From assembly GCF_963676685.1 (NCBI RefSeq), contig NC_092349.1, positions 63,326,924 to 63,390,923 on the forward strand: a DNA stretch of 64,000 nt. The letters run 5' to 3'. This document shows positions 38,260-48,260 of this stretch, piece after piece. The notes below the pieces were generated by a model, which saw nothing but the letters and a program-made list of their open reading frames with translations, searched no databases and was not told where the DNA came from. Position 1 is the first letter of the stretch; the number at the start of each line of letters is the position of its first letter. Source of the DNA: Mytilus edulis. Taxonomy: Eukaryota. Both the position numbers and the translations under genes were made by a program.

Positions 38260-40463
38260 ATTTCAGTTTTGTCTAGGTTGATGTTTACTCTCCACTTTTG
38301 AGTCCATTTCACTGCCTTTGTGATGTCATCCTTCATTCTATCTTTGAGTTCCAGTATCTGGTCTGGTTGAGCCGTTTGCCAGAGTGTTCCGTCATCAGCA
38401 AATTTGGTGTAGTCTCCTAGAATGTCTCCCAGTAGGTCGTTGATAAAGATGTTGAATAATGTGGGAGCCAGAACTGATCCTTGTGGTAGCCCTATCTTTG
38501 TTTCAAATTCTTCACCTACATAGTTTTCGAAGATGCATCTTGCCATTCTGTTATTTAGGAAATCTTTAATCCAGGCCCATGTTTTTCCTCTTATACCCAA
38601 ATGGTGTAGTTTTACTAGTAGTCCCTCTCGCCAGATTGAATCGTATGCCTTTTCAAGATCAATAAGACATGCAAGGGTGATTTCTCCTTTATTGAATTTT
38701 TCTATTGTGTTCTGAATAAACCTGATCAGGCAGTTTGATGTTGAGTGTTTTTTCCTGAATCCTTCTTGTTTTTCTTCTATAAGCTTCATTCCTTCTATGA
38801 ACGCTGCCAGCCTGTTAAGAACAATTCTTTCAGTAATTTTGCACATGACACTGGTTAGACTTATTGGTCGGTATGATGATGGTGAGTAGTAATTGGTTTT
38901 TCCTTGTTTCCTCAGGAATTTTATGTTTGCTGTCTTCCATTCCTGTGGTAGCCGGCCATGTTTTAGTGTGAGGTTCACCATAGTTCGTATTGCTTCTATG
39001 AGGTTTTCTCCGGCAAACTTAAATAGTTCTGGGAAGTGGCCGTCAGCTCCAGGCGATTTACCTATTTCTAGTAGGTATATTGCTGCCTCAACTTCATCCG
39101 TGGTAACCTCATAGTCCAATTTATGTTCTCTTTTTGTCAATCTTTTCTCTAATTCACATATTCTTTTGTATTCCTCTTGAGTCTGTTTGTAGAACTCTTC
39201 GTCAAATTCATCAGTCTTTAGATGCTTACCCTCAAAAAATGTTTTTTGCAAAATTTTACATTTTTCTTGATTTGAAAAGGCTGGTGGGTCGTCTTGGTCT
39301 ATTAGTGGTAGGATGGTATTGCAATCTTTCTTTTTGGTCAATTTCTTATAAGTTGTCCATACCTCTTTTGAGTTTCTTGATGTATTGATCTGGTCTACTA
39401 GGTGTTCACTCCAATCATTCATAGCTTTTTCTTTCTCATTTTCAAACTTTTCTTCTGCTGTAACAAGGGCTTCTTTATTTTGTGGGATGTTTCTCTTCCT
39501 ATATTGCCTTTGTTTATAGTTTAAGTTTTTCTTTGCCTGATTAACATCATAATTCCACCATGGAGGTTTAGTTGATTTTTTTTCTTTCATCTCTTTTTGG
39601 CAGATAACTTCCTGCATCGTTTTATCAATAGCCGCTTTAAGTGATTGGTATACTTCATCTACATTATCATTGCTTGGATTGTTCAGTAGCCATTCTTCCA
39701 TGTTCTTTTCTGCCTGTTCTTTCCATTTATTCCAGTCTACTTTGTTAATTTGCCATACTTTCCTTTTTGTTAAGTTGTTTTGTTCCTTTTTGCATACATC
39801 AAGTTCTGTTAGTATACATATATGGTCAGATCGTATGTTTTCATGGACTAGTGTTGAACAGTTGTGCACTTTACTAATAGTGCTGGGTGTTATAATGACT
39901 AAGTCAATGACACTTTTGGTATTTCGTCTTGTAGGCTGGCCATCATTAACGCACAGCATGTCTGTTTTGGTCAAGAAGTTTTCAATTATTTCTCCTGCCT
40001 TGTTTGTCTTGTCATTGTTCCATTCTAAGCTTTTAGCATTAAGGTCTCCCATTATAATCAGTTCATGCTTGTTGTTTTGTTGTACCTTTTGAACTTTGGT
40101 AGTTAGTTCTTCAAGTTGTTTTGTTTCTTCTGGTGGAATGTAGGGTACTAGCAGATTGAATATGATGTTGTTATCTGTGTGTATGGTAGCTGCTACACTT
40201 TCATAGTTTGTGTCTTCAAAGTCTGTGCATTTAGTGACTGTGAAATTGGTTTTGTGAGTGTTGATGCAAATAGCCACGCCCCCGCCTTTTCTTCCTTTAC
40301 GTGGTTTATCAAACACTTGCCAGTCTAAAAAAGTTAGTTTTTTATTCTCTTCTTGGTGTGTTTCATTTAAACAAACAATATCTACATCATAACTATTTAC
40401 AATATGTACAAGTTGCTGATAGGCCGTACTAATGGCCTGTGCATTCAGGAAGAGGAGTTTCAT
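38208..40463 (-). CDS. LINE ORF2, N-terminal part (APE-type endonuclease plus reverse transcriptase)
   Basis: 751-aa ORF. The N-terminus LNAQAISTAYQQL…VDIVCLNETH is an exo/endo/phosphatase fold. RT motifs follow, including LIDLEKAYDSI and FADDGTLW. The ORF terminates inside an A11 run. Confidence 0.8.
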   Translation of the reverse strand: MKLLFLNAQAISTAYQQLVHIVNSYDVDIVCLNETHQEENKKLTFLDWQVFDKPRKGRKGGGVAICINTHKTNFTVTKCTDFEDTNYESVAATIHTDNNIIFNLLVPYIPPEETKQLEELTTKVQKVQQNNKHELIIMGDLNAKSLEWNNDKTNKAGEIIENFLTKTDMLCVNDGQPTRRNTKSVIDLVIITPSTISKVHNCSTLVHENIRSDHICILTELDVCKKEQNNLTKRKVWQINKVDWNKWKEQAEKNMEEWLLNNPSNDNVDEVYQSLKAAIDKTMQEVICQKEMKEKKSTKPPWWNYDVNQAKKNLNYKQRQYRKRNIPQNKEALVTAEEKFENEKEKAMNDWSEHLVDQINTSRNSKEVWTTYKKLTKKKDCNTILPLIDQDDPPAFSNQEKCKILQKTFFEGKHLKTDEFDEEFYKQTQEEYKRICELEKRLTKREHKLDYEVTTDEVEAAIYLLEIGKSPGADGHFPELFKFAGENLIEAIRTMVNLTLKHGRLPQEWKTANIKFLRKQGKTNYYSPSSYRPISLTSVMCKITERIVLNRLAAFIEGMKLIEEKQEGFRKKHSTSNCLIRFIQNTIEKFNKGEITLACLIDLEKAYDSIWREGLLVKLHHLGIRGKTWAWIKDFLNNRMARCIFENYVGEEFETKIGLPQGSVLAPTLFNIFINDLLGDILGDYTKFADDGTLWQTAQPDQILELKDRMKDDITKAVKWTQKWRVNINLDKTEICIFSKKKTSMKRTNAF

Positions 40464-41514
40464 TCTGTGTATTCAGTATGCTGTAAAGTCTCCTCTTGTT
40501 GATTATTTCAAGATATTTTTCGCACTTTGTTGATGTTGCTTGGTGTATGTTCCCACAGTTTACGCAACACGGGGTGTTTTTGCAGTCTTTAATCTTGCAG
40601 TTTTCTTTCCCACAGTTTGAACAGGTAGCTATGTTTAGACAGCGCTTGCCAATGTGTCCAAATTTGTTGCAATTGTAGCACCTAACAACTTTAACAGGTT
40701 GTTCTGCTTGAAATTTAGAGTATGTTGTTGTGCCGGGGTGGCAGTATCCTTTCGAGGTGATAGCTTTTTTAACTTCCCCGTGGTCAGTAAAGGTTACTTT
40801 TACTACTGGCATAAGTTTCCCAGTGTCTCTGTACTTTTTTCTCTTCACTTCTTTTATTTTATATAGGTGTGACAGATCTAATGATAGATTTTCTTCTGAT
40901 AGATGGACAGGAATATTATGTAGGTAACAAGAGTTTGTTCCGTGGTTTATAGATCTTGGTTTGTGTGCCACAGACTTTTCGCCAAATACGGATGTATTTA
41001 TTGGCCAGGATTTAATGATTATGTCCCTTGTTTTTTGGTCTTTCAGGTGGATAGCTATTCCCCCTTTTGGTAGGCTATACGCCTCTTCTATTTGATCTTC
41101 AAGTGCTTTGATTTTTGTTAACTCTTTTCTAATTGTTGTACTGTCTATAGCTGTGTTTGGCTGTTCTATGTTGTCTATAATTATAATTTTTTCTGGGTCT
41201 TTCTTCTCTCTTAGTGCCCTTGGTAGTTTTCCTTCTGTATTCTGCTTATGGTTATTACTTTGCAGATAGCCTTGTCCTATTGTTTTTGTGATCTCTAGTA
41301 ATTTATCAATTTTCTGGTCTGTTTTGGTATCACTAGTTGTTTGATGATACTCAGCTGTTAGTAGTATATATGGTTGCTTTATGATGCAGAGTGCACATGG
41401 GAATTTAATACCTGTACTTATAATTTTTCCTGCATCCTCTGTTGTGTATCCTGCACATACACTGTGCCACCACTTATTGCACAGATCGCATTCAAGCCAG
41501 GTGATTTCTTTCAC
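40429..41514 (-). CDS. LINE ORF1 gag-like protein with N-terminal PHD-type zinc finger and three CCHC zinc knuckles
   Basis: 361-aa ORF. The PHD-type finger is WLECDLCNKWWHSVCAGY…CALC. The zinc knuckles are CYNCNKFGHIGKRC, CSNCGKENCKIKDC and CCVNCGNIHQATSTKC. The ORF overlaps the ORF2 start by about 35 nt. Confidence 0.8.
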   Translation of the reverse strand: MKEITWLECDLCNKWWHSVCAGYTTEDAGKIISTGIKFPCALCIIKQPYILLTAEYHQTTSDTKTDQKIDKLLEITKTIGQGYLQSNNHKQNTEGKLPRALREKKDPEKIIIIDNIEQPNTAIDSTTIRKELTKIKALEDQIEEAYSLPKGGIAIHLKDQKTRDIIIKSWPINTSVFGEKSVAHKPRSINHGTNSCYLHNIPVHLSEENLSLDLSHLYKIKEVKRKKYRDTGKLMPVVKVTFTDHGEVKKAITSKGYCHPGTTTYSKFQAEQPVKVVRCYNCNKFGHIGKRCLNIATCSNCGKENCKIKDCKNTPCCVNCGNIHQATSTKCEKYLEIINKRRLYSILNTQNETPLPECTGH

Positions 41515-41974
41515 AGTACTTATAGTTTTTGGTGGTTCGTCTCTACAACATCCGACATTACAATATCGGATCCGATTCCGGAAGCGGATAAGGGTAATCT
41601 CGGGTTTTGGCTTTCAACTAAAAAAATCCAGACAGGTGACAAAATACATTTATGAATGGTAAATAAATATAAACACTAGAATTGAAAACCAAAAGAAAGA
41701 AAAAGCAGAAAATATTTTGTACACCAATTTTAATGTGACAGCTAGGAACAGTTTATCTAACAATATATATGTTCCTGGTAACAGTATAAATTTTCTTTAT
41801 CAGTGATAAATGTTGGTAATGCATGTTAAATGCTTTTCAAGTTAAACATATTTCTGCAATTGCAAGGGGTATTTTTTTTCTTCTCAATTTTGATAGGCTG
41901 GAAGTTTCTTATACAAAAAAAAGATGTGGTATGATTGCCAATGAGACAACTATCCACAAGAGACCAAAATGACC

Positions 41975-42830
41975 AAAACTTGGTAACGGTCAAGATCCCC
42001 CACCCTAAACCATATATATTCATGTATGGGACAATATAACAAATCATATGAAATATAGGTGGAGGTCGTGGGAGAATTTATAACGGTCGAGATCCACAAT
42101 CTTAAACAATATATATTTATGTATGGGACAATATTACAAATCAAATGAATTATAAGGGGTCCCTATGGTCACTGTACACCCTCCTGTTTGAGAACTCGGA
42201 AAAATTCCAGATCATCACCCCTTGACCATATATACTCATGTATAAGACTATATATATAATAAATCAAATGAAATATAGGGGAAGTCCCTGTGGTCACCCT
42301 ACCCCTCATGTTTAAAAACTTTGAAACAGATGGGATCCCCAACTCTAAATTAAATGAAATATAGGGGGAGTCCCTGCAGTCACCCTACCCCTCCTGATTG
42401 AGAAATTGGAAACAGTCGAGCTCCCACCTTTAAATTAAACCATATATATTCATGTATGAGAACTAATCAAATGAAATATAGGGAGAGTCCTTAGGGTCAC
42501 CCTACCCACTCCTGTTTGATAACTTAGAAACAGATGAGATCCCCACCCCTCAACCATATATATTTACGTATTGGACAATATAACAAATCAAATGAAATAT
42601 AGGGGAAGTCACTGGGGCCCCCACCCCTCCTGTTTGAAAACTTGATAACGGTCGAGATCCCCACCCATAAACCATATATATTCATGTATGGGACAATATA
42701 AAAAATCAAATGAAAAATAGGGGTAGTCCCTAGGATCACCCCACACCCTCTTGTGTGTGTTTTGAGAACTTGTAAAAGATTGAGATACCAACGCCTAAAC
42801 CATATTCATTCCTGTTTGTCATTTCAAAAA
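41975..42830 (+). repeat. About 125-bp satellite, about 6.5 copies, abutting the LINE 5' end
   Basis: Units contain ccatatatattcatgtatgggacaatataacaaatcaaatgaaatataggggaagtccct…cctgtttga. Confidence 0.85.
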
Positions 42831-43470
42831 AGATTGAATGACATACAAGGTCAATCTCATAGGCGACACATATGCATATCACTTTGCTAGACCCTAACAC
42901 CTGTCATTTTATTCCAAACTTAGACATTATGGACTTGGGGTGAAGGTGGGAGTCATTTACATTTACTATGGACAGGTCAGTCAGACCTCACCGTTGATCC
43001 CTGTAGTAGTAAACATTTGTCTGATTTGTGTCTCATAACTTTTGTACTGTACAACACAAACTTAGTTTCTTTCCAGGGAAGCAAGTCTATTCATACTTTT
43101 ACAAGCTCGTACTAAAGTCAACTTGAACTACTATCATGTACTAACAGTCAACTAATAAGAACAATTACGATCAACTAGAAGAACTGCAATCATTGCAAAT
43201 TTGTACCACTGCTGACTCATGAAAGAGGCATGACCATTCATGGTCATGTGCGTTGCTATTGAAAACCTTGATAAAATATGAATTATTTGCCTTAATGATT
43301 AATTCATTAAATGAACATAAATGTACAATTATATATGAATGTTTAATGTCTGTTCTTTTAAATCTTTAAAAAAAAGTTGAAGCAACATTGCCACAGTTTT
43401 CATAATTATGTTTGCCTTGGTTTTTGGTTAACTGCCTACAGTGCTTACAGCGCTTTGATTGATATTCCAG

Positions 43471-43594
43471 GCCATGATACAACATCCAGTGTGTTGAGCT
43501 GGAGTATGTATTGTTTAGGTAAATACAAAGATATACAAGACAAAGTTTACCAGGAGGTCAAAGAGGTCGCAGGCAGCAAAAGAATTATTGAAAG
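43471..43594 (+). CDS. CYP4-like gene B, exon 8 (GHDTTSSVLSWSMYCLGKYKDIQDKVYQEVKEVAGSKRIIE)
   Basis: Acceptor attccag, donor gtatgg. 124 nt. The preceding intron is 9.2 kb and contains the LINE. Confidence 0.85.
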
Positions 43595-44014
43595 GTATGG
43601 GTTAATAATGTATAATTCCCCAAATTCAACTGTACCGATGCAATGGTATTTTACTTATATTTCTAATAGCTTGTAACAGCAATGATTATGAGGCAATGCA
43701 AATCTGTAAATTAATAGATACAGTCTTTAGATTTGTGTTATGTTGTCATGGAGAGCACATACAGTTATGCATCGTATTGGGACATAAAGCATCACTTTTG
43801 AATATCATGGATTGTTGCAAATAGGACAATGGAGTTCATATGAAACATTTATTTTGTTATAAAAAAAATTAACAGATAGGTACCGCAAAGTCTTCTTGAG
43901 ACATAAGTATAAAAATGTAAAGGTAGAGATCAAGTTCTTAAATTCTTGTTTCCAAAGAAAGAAGTTGAATACTTGTTGCACATACAAATTATATTTTTTA
44001 TTTTCCATGTATAG

Positions 44015-44210
44015 TGAAGATCTATCAAAGTTGAAATACTTGACCTGTTTCCTGAAGGAAGTAATGAGAGTACATACACCGGTACCAGTCACAAATAGGA
44101 CATTAGATGAACCCATTGTTTTGGATGGGTATGACATCCCTGCTGGAGTTATGGTGGACTTTGGTATTTATCATTGTCATAATCATCCCGATGTTTGGGA
44201 AAATCCAACT
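44015..44210 (+). CDS. CYP4-like gene B, exon 9 (EDLSKLKYLTCFLKEVMRVHTPVPVTNRTLDEPIVLDGYDIPAGVMVDFGIYHCHNHPDVWENPT)
   Basis: ORF track 43896..44231. Acceptor tgtatag, donor gtaagt. 196 nt. K-helix ExxR is present. Confidence 0.85.
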
Positions 44211-44923
44211 GTAAGTTTAAGTAATAAATAACTTGATGATTAGTATTGTGCACTGTGCTTACAACATATGTTTATTTTTTATGGTTTGGTTAATATACAG
44301 AAAAAAAATTAAATTTATAACACTATCTCTGTCAGGTTTGAAGTTTTTGCACAAAAGGTAGTTTTTCCTTATTTCTGATGAAGCTCAAACTAGATGTAAA
44401 ATATCTGAAATAATATGTCCATTTTTTTTAAGCATCCTCAAATTAATTATTTCTTTTCATGTTATTTTTCAAAATATTCAAGGCAAACACAATGTAACTG
44501 ATGAAACTTGTTTTATTATTTTAAAAGCTTAATTATAAATGCAAAATTGTAAAGTTTCACACTTGTGCACCTACACTAACATTTTTTTTAAATATGTCAA
44601 TGCTTATAGTTCTTCAAAACCTTTCTAATACGATAAGTTTGAATAATGTTCTGGCAAAATTAATTAGTTGTTGCTAAAGTTATTCATTTGCAGACTATTT
44701 AAAAAGGACTTTAAAAAATACTGATCAAAGTCCAGTCCAATAGTTGTTTCCTGTCTAGATGGACAAATATTTAAAAGAAACAGCTAAGTACAGAGACTAT
44801 GATCGATTGCTATGGTCATCCTGACCCATTGATTGTGAACAATTTTTCCTAATTGAGTCAGGGCCATGGAAATGAACCACATTAGTTTCTAGTTTCTATA
44901 AAAGTTGTATATTTGATTTTCAG

Positions 44924-45006
44924 GAGTTTAAACCAGAGAGATTTGAGGGAGACAAACATCATGAGATGGATCCTTACAGCTTTACTCCATTTTCAGCTGG
45001 ACCAAG
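44924..45006 (+). CDS. CYP4-like gene B, exon 10 (EFKPERFEGDKHHEMDPYSFTPFSAGP)
   Basis: Acceptor ttttcag, donor gtaaat. 83 nt. PERF motif and the start of the haem-binding loop. Confidence 0.85.
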
Positions 45007-45340
45007 GTAAATGTGAAGTATCTCCCTTGTTTAGCAGAAAGATTTAAAGGAGCCACACATTTATGAGATGAATCCTTCTAGTTTTACTCTATTTTCTGTT
45101 GGACCAAGGAAAATATGTATTATCCCCCTTTGCTGCAGGGAGATTTGAGGGAGACATTTTTTAACTTCATGAGATGGATCCTTTTAGTTTAACTTCATGT
45201 TCTCCTGGACCAAGTTAAATATGAATTATCTCCCCTATATTGCAGGGACTAGATCACCTTGAAACAGATTCATAGTTCTACTTCATTTTTATGGAACCAG
45301 TTATCTCCCTTATAATGCAGGGAGATGAACATCATTAAGA
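45007..45340 (+). repeat. Array of about 3 decayed tandem copies of gene B exon 10 with its flanking splice signals
   Basis: Units of about 88 bp: gtaaatatgaattatctccc…tgcagggagatttgagggagaca…atgagatggatcc…ctggaccaag. All copies after the first have lost the ORF. Confidence 0.8.
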
Positions 45341-45644
45341 CAAACCCTAATACAGATAAAACACATTTAGTTTTACACCTTTTTTCGCAGACAGACATAC
45401 ATGGTCTTTCCTTATAAAATGGTTTCTCAAGCATCTCTACAAATTACTCACTTTTCTGCTGAAATGAGGATATTAAACCAGATTCATATTAATTTTAGAA
45501 CTGGCTTGCTCTCATCAGAACATATTTGAAATGTACATCAAGGCAACTTAAGCTAGTGTAATTTTTTTATAGAAAGAAAGACAATTTTAGAAATTTCCTT
45601 GTGATTGTATCTGTATTAGCTTCTTATACATATTTTTTTTTCAG

Positions 45645-45710
45645 AAATTGTATTGGATTAAATTTTGCACAGAATGAAGAGAAAGTGTTGATAGCAAGAA
45701 TTGTAGAAAG
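45645..45710 (+). CDS. CYP4-like gene B, exon 11 (RNCIGLNFAQNEEKVLIARIVE)
   Basis: Completes FSAGPRNCIG, the Cys-ligand loop. Acceptor ttttttcag, donor gtatgc. Confidence 0.85.
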
Positions 45711-46353
45711 GTATGCCATTTAAGTTGTATATACAGATTCTTGTGAATATATACCCTTTACTTTTTGCTAACAGATTCTCCAATTAACTATTTCACCAAT
45801 TTCATGTTCAATGATACATGCGTAACTCATAAAACATAAGACTTTTTTTTTTTCATTGAATTTCAAAATGAATGAAAATCAATGTTGGATCAGAATCAAT
45901 GATCAATGAGACAGCAACCCTACATCACAAATTAAACTCAACATTTAATCAATGATAAAAAAAAATGCACAGAAACCTCTTTTCAAATTACTAAGTTTCA
46001 CTTACTGTAAGTTAAGGAATTGTTGCGCTGTTTTTATTATTGCGAAAAATGTGACAGGATTATATACACAATAATTAAAAATCCCATTTTGAAATTTTTA
46101 TGGAATTTTCTCAATATTACAAAAATTAAAATCAAATTTTAGTCTAAAATGATGAAATGACAATAACAAATGCACACAATAATTTCTCATTTTACAGTCA
46201 ACATTCTGGTTTGATTGTTTTTGAGACCATAGAAAAGGAAAACATTTTAACAATTTATGATCAAAATAGTTGATGTATTTTCTTTAATCATCAATCTGAA
46301 TTATGTTATTGATTCACATCACTAAATCTTGGTATAATTTATTCTTTTTAAAG

Positions 46354-46459
46354 GTTTGAAATTTCCTTGGATCCAGACCATACAGTGATACCATTTCTTG
46401 AGGTTGTAATGAGAGCCAAAACTGGTATCATGGTCAACTTTAAACAAAGAAGCTCCTAA
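46354..46459 (+). CDS. CYP4-like gene B, exon 12 with stop (RFEISLDPDHTVIPFLEVVMRAKTGIMVNFKQRSS*)
   Basis: Acceptor tttttaaag, TAA at 46457-46459. Summed CDS is 1515 nt, giving 504 aa. Confidence 0.85.
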
Positions 46460-47149
46460 GTTACCAAGAAGATGTGAAAAGTGAAATTTAAAACAGAGGC
46501 TTCTCATAATTTATTTCATCGATTTTAATGAAAGAAATGAAGAAACATTAAGCCATTGGTATTTGGTGTTTCTAAGAATTTATGTTAGCAGACAGGACAA
46601 TATAGCACATGTTTTATTATCTTAAAAAAAAATGTTTATTTGATTAACTTAAACAATCATGTCCAATTTTTTATACATTTATTCAATGAATTGGGCAATT
46701 GGCAGATGGATAATATACAATTACTTACTGTCTTTTGATGAGGTAAATGTGTGGTTTTATTGACTTTTGAAAAACTCATATTCACTAAGGCCAACGGCCA
46801 TATTCCAAGAGAAATGTCTGTAATGCTAATTATTTATCAAAACCAATTGTATATTACATGGTTTTTTTACCAAAATTATACATGTAAAAGCATGCAATAT
46901 TTTCTGCAGTGAATATGCTAGTTTTAGCAATATGGAATAATAATAATTATCTCCCCTATATATTTTTAGATTTTTTTTTATTAGATGAAGGTTTTGCACA
47001 ACTTTCTACCTATCCTTTTTTTTTTAATTTAATTGCAACCACTGGTGCATTAGTAAAATTGAATTATCTCCGCTGTTGTAATGTTGGATTGAAATTTTGT
47101 TATGTATTTTATGCAAATTTTTTAAGTAGATTATCCATCAAGTATTATT

Positions 47150-48260
47150 TTTAGCTCACATGGCCCGAAGGGCCAAGTGAGCTTATGCCATCACTTGGCA
47201 TCCGTCGTCGTCCGTCGTCGTCTGTCGTCGTCCGTCGTTGTCTGTCGTCGTCTGTCGTCGTAAACTATTTCAAGAATCTTCTCCTCTGAAACTACTAGGC
47301 CAAATACTTCCAAACTTTAACTGAATGTTCCTTAGGGTATCTAGTTTATAAATGTATACCCGTTGTTTGGTTGCTTCCCCTGAATTGGAAATTTTAAGGA
47401 AATTTTGCTGTTTTTGGTTATTATCATGAATATTATTATAGGTAGAGATAAACTGTAAACAGCAAAAATGTTCAGCAAAGTAAGACCTAAAAATAAGTCA
47501 ACATGACTGAAATGGTCAGTTGACCCCTTTAGGAGTTATTGCCCTTTATAGTCAATTTTTAACCATTTTTCATAAATCTTAGTTATCTTTTACAAAAATC
47601 TTCTCCTCTGAAACTACTGGGCCAAATTGAACTAAACTTGGCCACAACCATCATTGGGGTATCTAGTTTGAAAATTTTGTCCGGTGACCTGGCCAACCAA
47701 CCAAAATGGCTGCTGTTACTTAAAATAGAACATAGGGGTCAAATGCAGTTTTTGGCTTATATCTCAAAAACTAAAGCATTTAAAGCAAATCTGACGGAGT
47801 AAAAATGTTCATTAGGTCAAGATCTATCAGCCCTGAAATTTTCAGATGAATCAAACAACCCATTGTTGGGTTGCTGCCACTTAATTGGTAATTTTAAGGA
47901 AATTTTGCAGATTTTGGTCATTATCTTGAATATTATTATAGATAAAGATAAACTGTAAACAGCAAAAATGATCAGCAAAGTAAGATCTACAAATAAGTTA
48001 ATATGACCAAAATTGTCAATTGACCCCTTAAGGGGTTATTGTCCTTTAATGACAATTTTTCACAATTTGTTCATCATATTTGCTAACTTTAAAAAATCTT
48101 CTTCTCTAAAACTACTCAACCAAATTCAACCAAACTTCATTTGAATGATCAGTAGGGTGTATAAAATAAAGTTTGTGTTTTATTTTCTATTTCGTCAAAA
48201 AACATGGCTGAAGGCATTGTTTACCAGGTGAGCGATTCAGGCTCTTGAGAGCCTCTTGTT
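47150..48260 (+). repeat. Partial copy of the composite macro-repeat: hairpin, (CGT)n, 490-bp units, ggctcttgagagcc tail
   Basis: agctcacatggcccgaagggccaagtgagct at 47157-47187, (cgt/cgtctgt)n at 47200-47270, and units at 47590-47910. Lies between genes B and C. Confidence 0.8.

Larger units (their letters stand above)
36050..41650 (-). mobile_element. Near full-length non-LTR (LINE) retrotransposon, RNase H-containing type, antisense in intron 7 of gene B
   Basis: ORF1 (361 aa) is followed by an overlapping ORF2 that is split into 751 aa and 566 aa parts. ORF2 carries APE endonuclease, RT (FADD) and RNase H domains. GC content is higher than in the flanks. The 3' end near 36010-36060 has tacgta-type short repeats. 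Both boundaries are approximate. Confidence 0.85.

Noticed and set aside
35025-41975. Direct copies of the gatgtggtatgattgccaatgagacaactc motif at both sides of the LINE as its target-site duplication
   Set aside because: At about 55 bp they are far too long and too divergent for a LINE TSD. The same motif occurs at least five more times in the window, including as an inverted pair at 50085/50775, so it belongs to an abundant repeat family.
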